Source of the DNA: an uncultured Candidatus Saccharibacteria bacterium
GTDB lineage: Bacteria; Patescibacteriota; CAZHWT01
Direction: 5' to 3'
NCBI GenBank assembly: GCA_964554805.1
Contig: CAZKPX010000003.1
Location: 76,366 to 140,365 of the forward strand
DNA: 64,000 nt
The notes under the pieces were generated by a model. The model did no database searches, was not told the origin of the DNA, and was given only the letters and a program-made list of their open reading frames with translations. Below, one piece after another: positions 63,582 through 64,000 of this stretch; the first letter of the stretch is position 1, and the number at the start of each line of letters is the position of its first letter. The translations under genes were made by a program, and so were the position numbers.

Positions 63582-64000
63582 TCAAGTCAGTAGATCTTCC
63601 GGTAGGTCTTGGCCGGTGTGGTGGGTGTTGGACCAAGGGTTGTGCTCGATGTCGCCCAAGGCGCTGTAGGATGACTGGAGTTGACTGGTGAGGTAGTTGG
63701 GTAAATTGAGGTGTTGCGGGTCTTTGAGGCCTTCCAGCTCCTTCCAAGTCAGCGGTAATGATATGGTCGCAAGGTCGGTAGCGCGCAGGCTATAAGGAGC
63801 GGCAAAGGCTTTGTTGCGGGAGTTTTGGTAAAAGTCGATCGATACGCGGACTTGCTGGTCAATTTGCCAGCCCATACTGAATAGCTGAGGGTAATGCTCA
63901 GTTAGTTGTTGGCCAACTCGGTGAGCGGCTTGCCGAGTTTGCTCGTACGAATAGAGTCTCTTGATGGGGGTCTGAATATGCAGGCCGTTCTTGCCACTGG
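63582..64000 (-). CDS. LigD-type primase-polymerase (NHEJ polymerase domain), 5'-truncated by the window edge
   Basis: Minus-strand reading frame open to position 64000: SGKNGLHIQTP (matches the SGxKGLHxxxP AEP motif) and VRVSIDFYQNSRNKAFAAPYSLRA...ISLPLTWKEL (PolDom motif 3). Confidence 0.7.
   Translation of the reverse strand, partial: SGKNGLHIQTPIKRLYSYEQTRQAAHRVGQQLTEHYPQLFSMGWQIDQQVRVSIDFYQNSRNKAFAAPYSLRATDLATISLPLTWKELEGLKDPQHLNLPNYLTSQLQSSYSALGDIEHNPWSNTHHTGQDLPEDLLT

Overview
This window is about 64 kb of a bacterial chromosome using the standard genetic code (UGA is a stop; long uninterrupted ORFs). I infer roughly 55 protein genes and one tRNA-Leu(CAA). Most genes between 12.3 and 53.2 kb are on the + strand.

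The housekeeping backbone is: ssb (partial at the 5' edge), rpsR, ctpA, htrA, prmC, prfA, rpmE, uppS, dnaB, efp, an M16 peptidase, rluA-family, tgt, an LCP-family protein, yebC, a Xer-type tyrosine recombinase, a class A PBP, rnhB, a Clp/Hsp100-like AAA+ ATPase, and a LigD-polymerase-domain gene running off the 3' edge.

The most unusual regions are:
1. A PaaK-like adenylate-forming enzyme, a Cys-less ThiF/E1-like protein and a double nitroreductase(SagB-like) dehydrogenase, followed by a histidine kinase and a receiver-only response regulator. It looks like a RiPP/TOMM-style modification cassette but lacks YcaO and any obvious precursor peptide.
2. A VirD4/TraD-like coupling ATPase with an unknown 400 aa N-terminal domain, paired with a protein carrying a long RGG/SG-rich disordered tail.
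3. Three tandem secreted beta-propeller proteins (PD40/TolB-like x2, BNR/Asp-box x1) that end in a non-canonical (I/T)PNTG-xDY-TM-basic sorting signal. They sit just downstream of a tyrosine recombinase and a 1.5 kb repeat-laden noncoding stretch.
4. A 1625 aa secreted protein built from 14 tandem ~60 aa six-cysteine repeats. Its initiation region contains a G11 homopolymer that currently places the upstream ATG out of frame, a candidate phase-variation switch.
5. A genome-dispersed hexanucleotide microsatellite (GCGACR)n that occurs in intergenic spacers and also as in-frame insertions in at least five genes. One of these is tgt, which in addition lacks the canonical zinc-binding cysteines.
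6. An IS200/IS605-like REP-associated tyrosine transposase flanked by inverted 19-nt REP-like palindromes.

There are also several other short dispersed repeat families, a perfect sigma70-consensus promoter, and a membrane-anchored Clp-like ATPase. Protein-family calls come from motif recognition by eye only, with no database searches. A lineage guess (monoderm, possibly Patescibacteria-like) is inference only.
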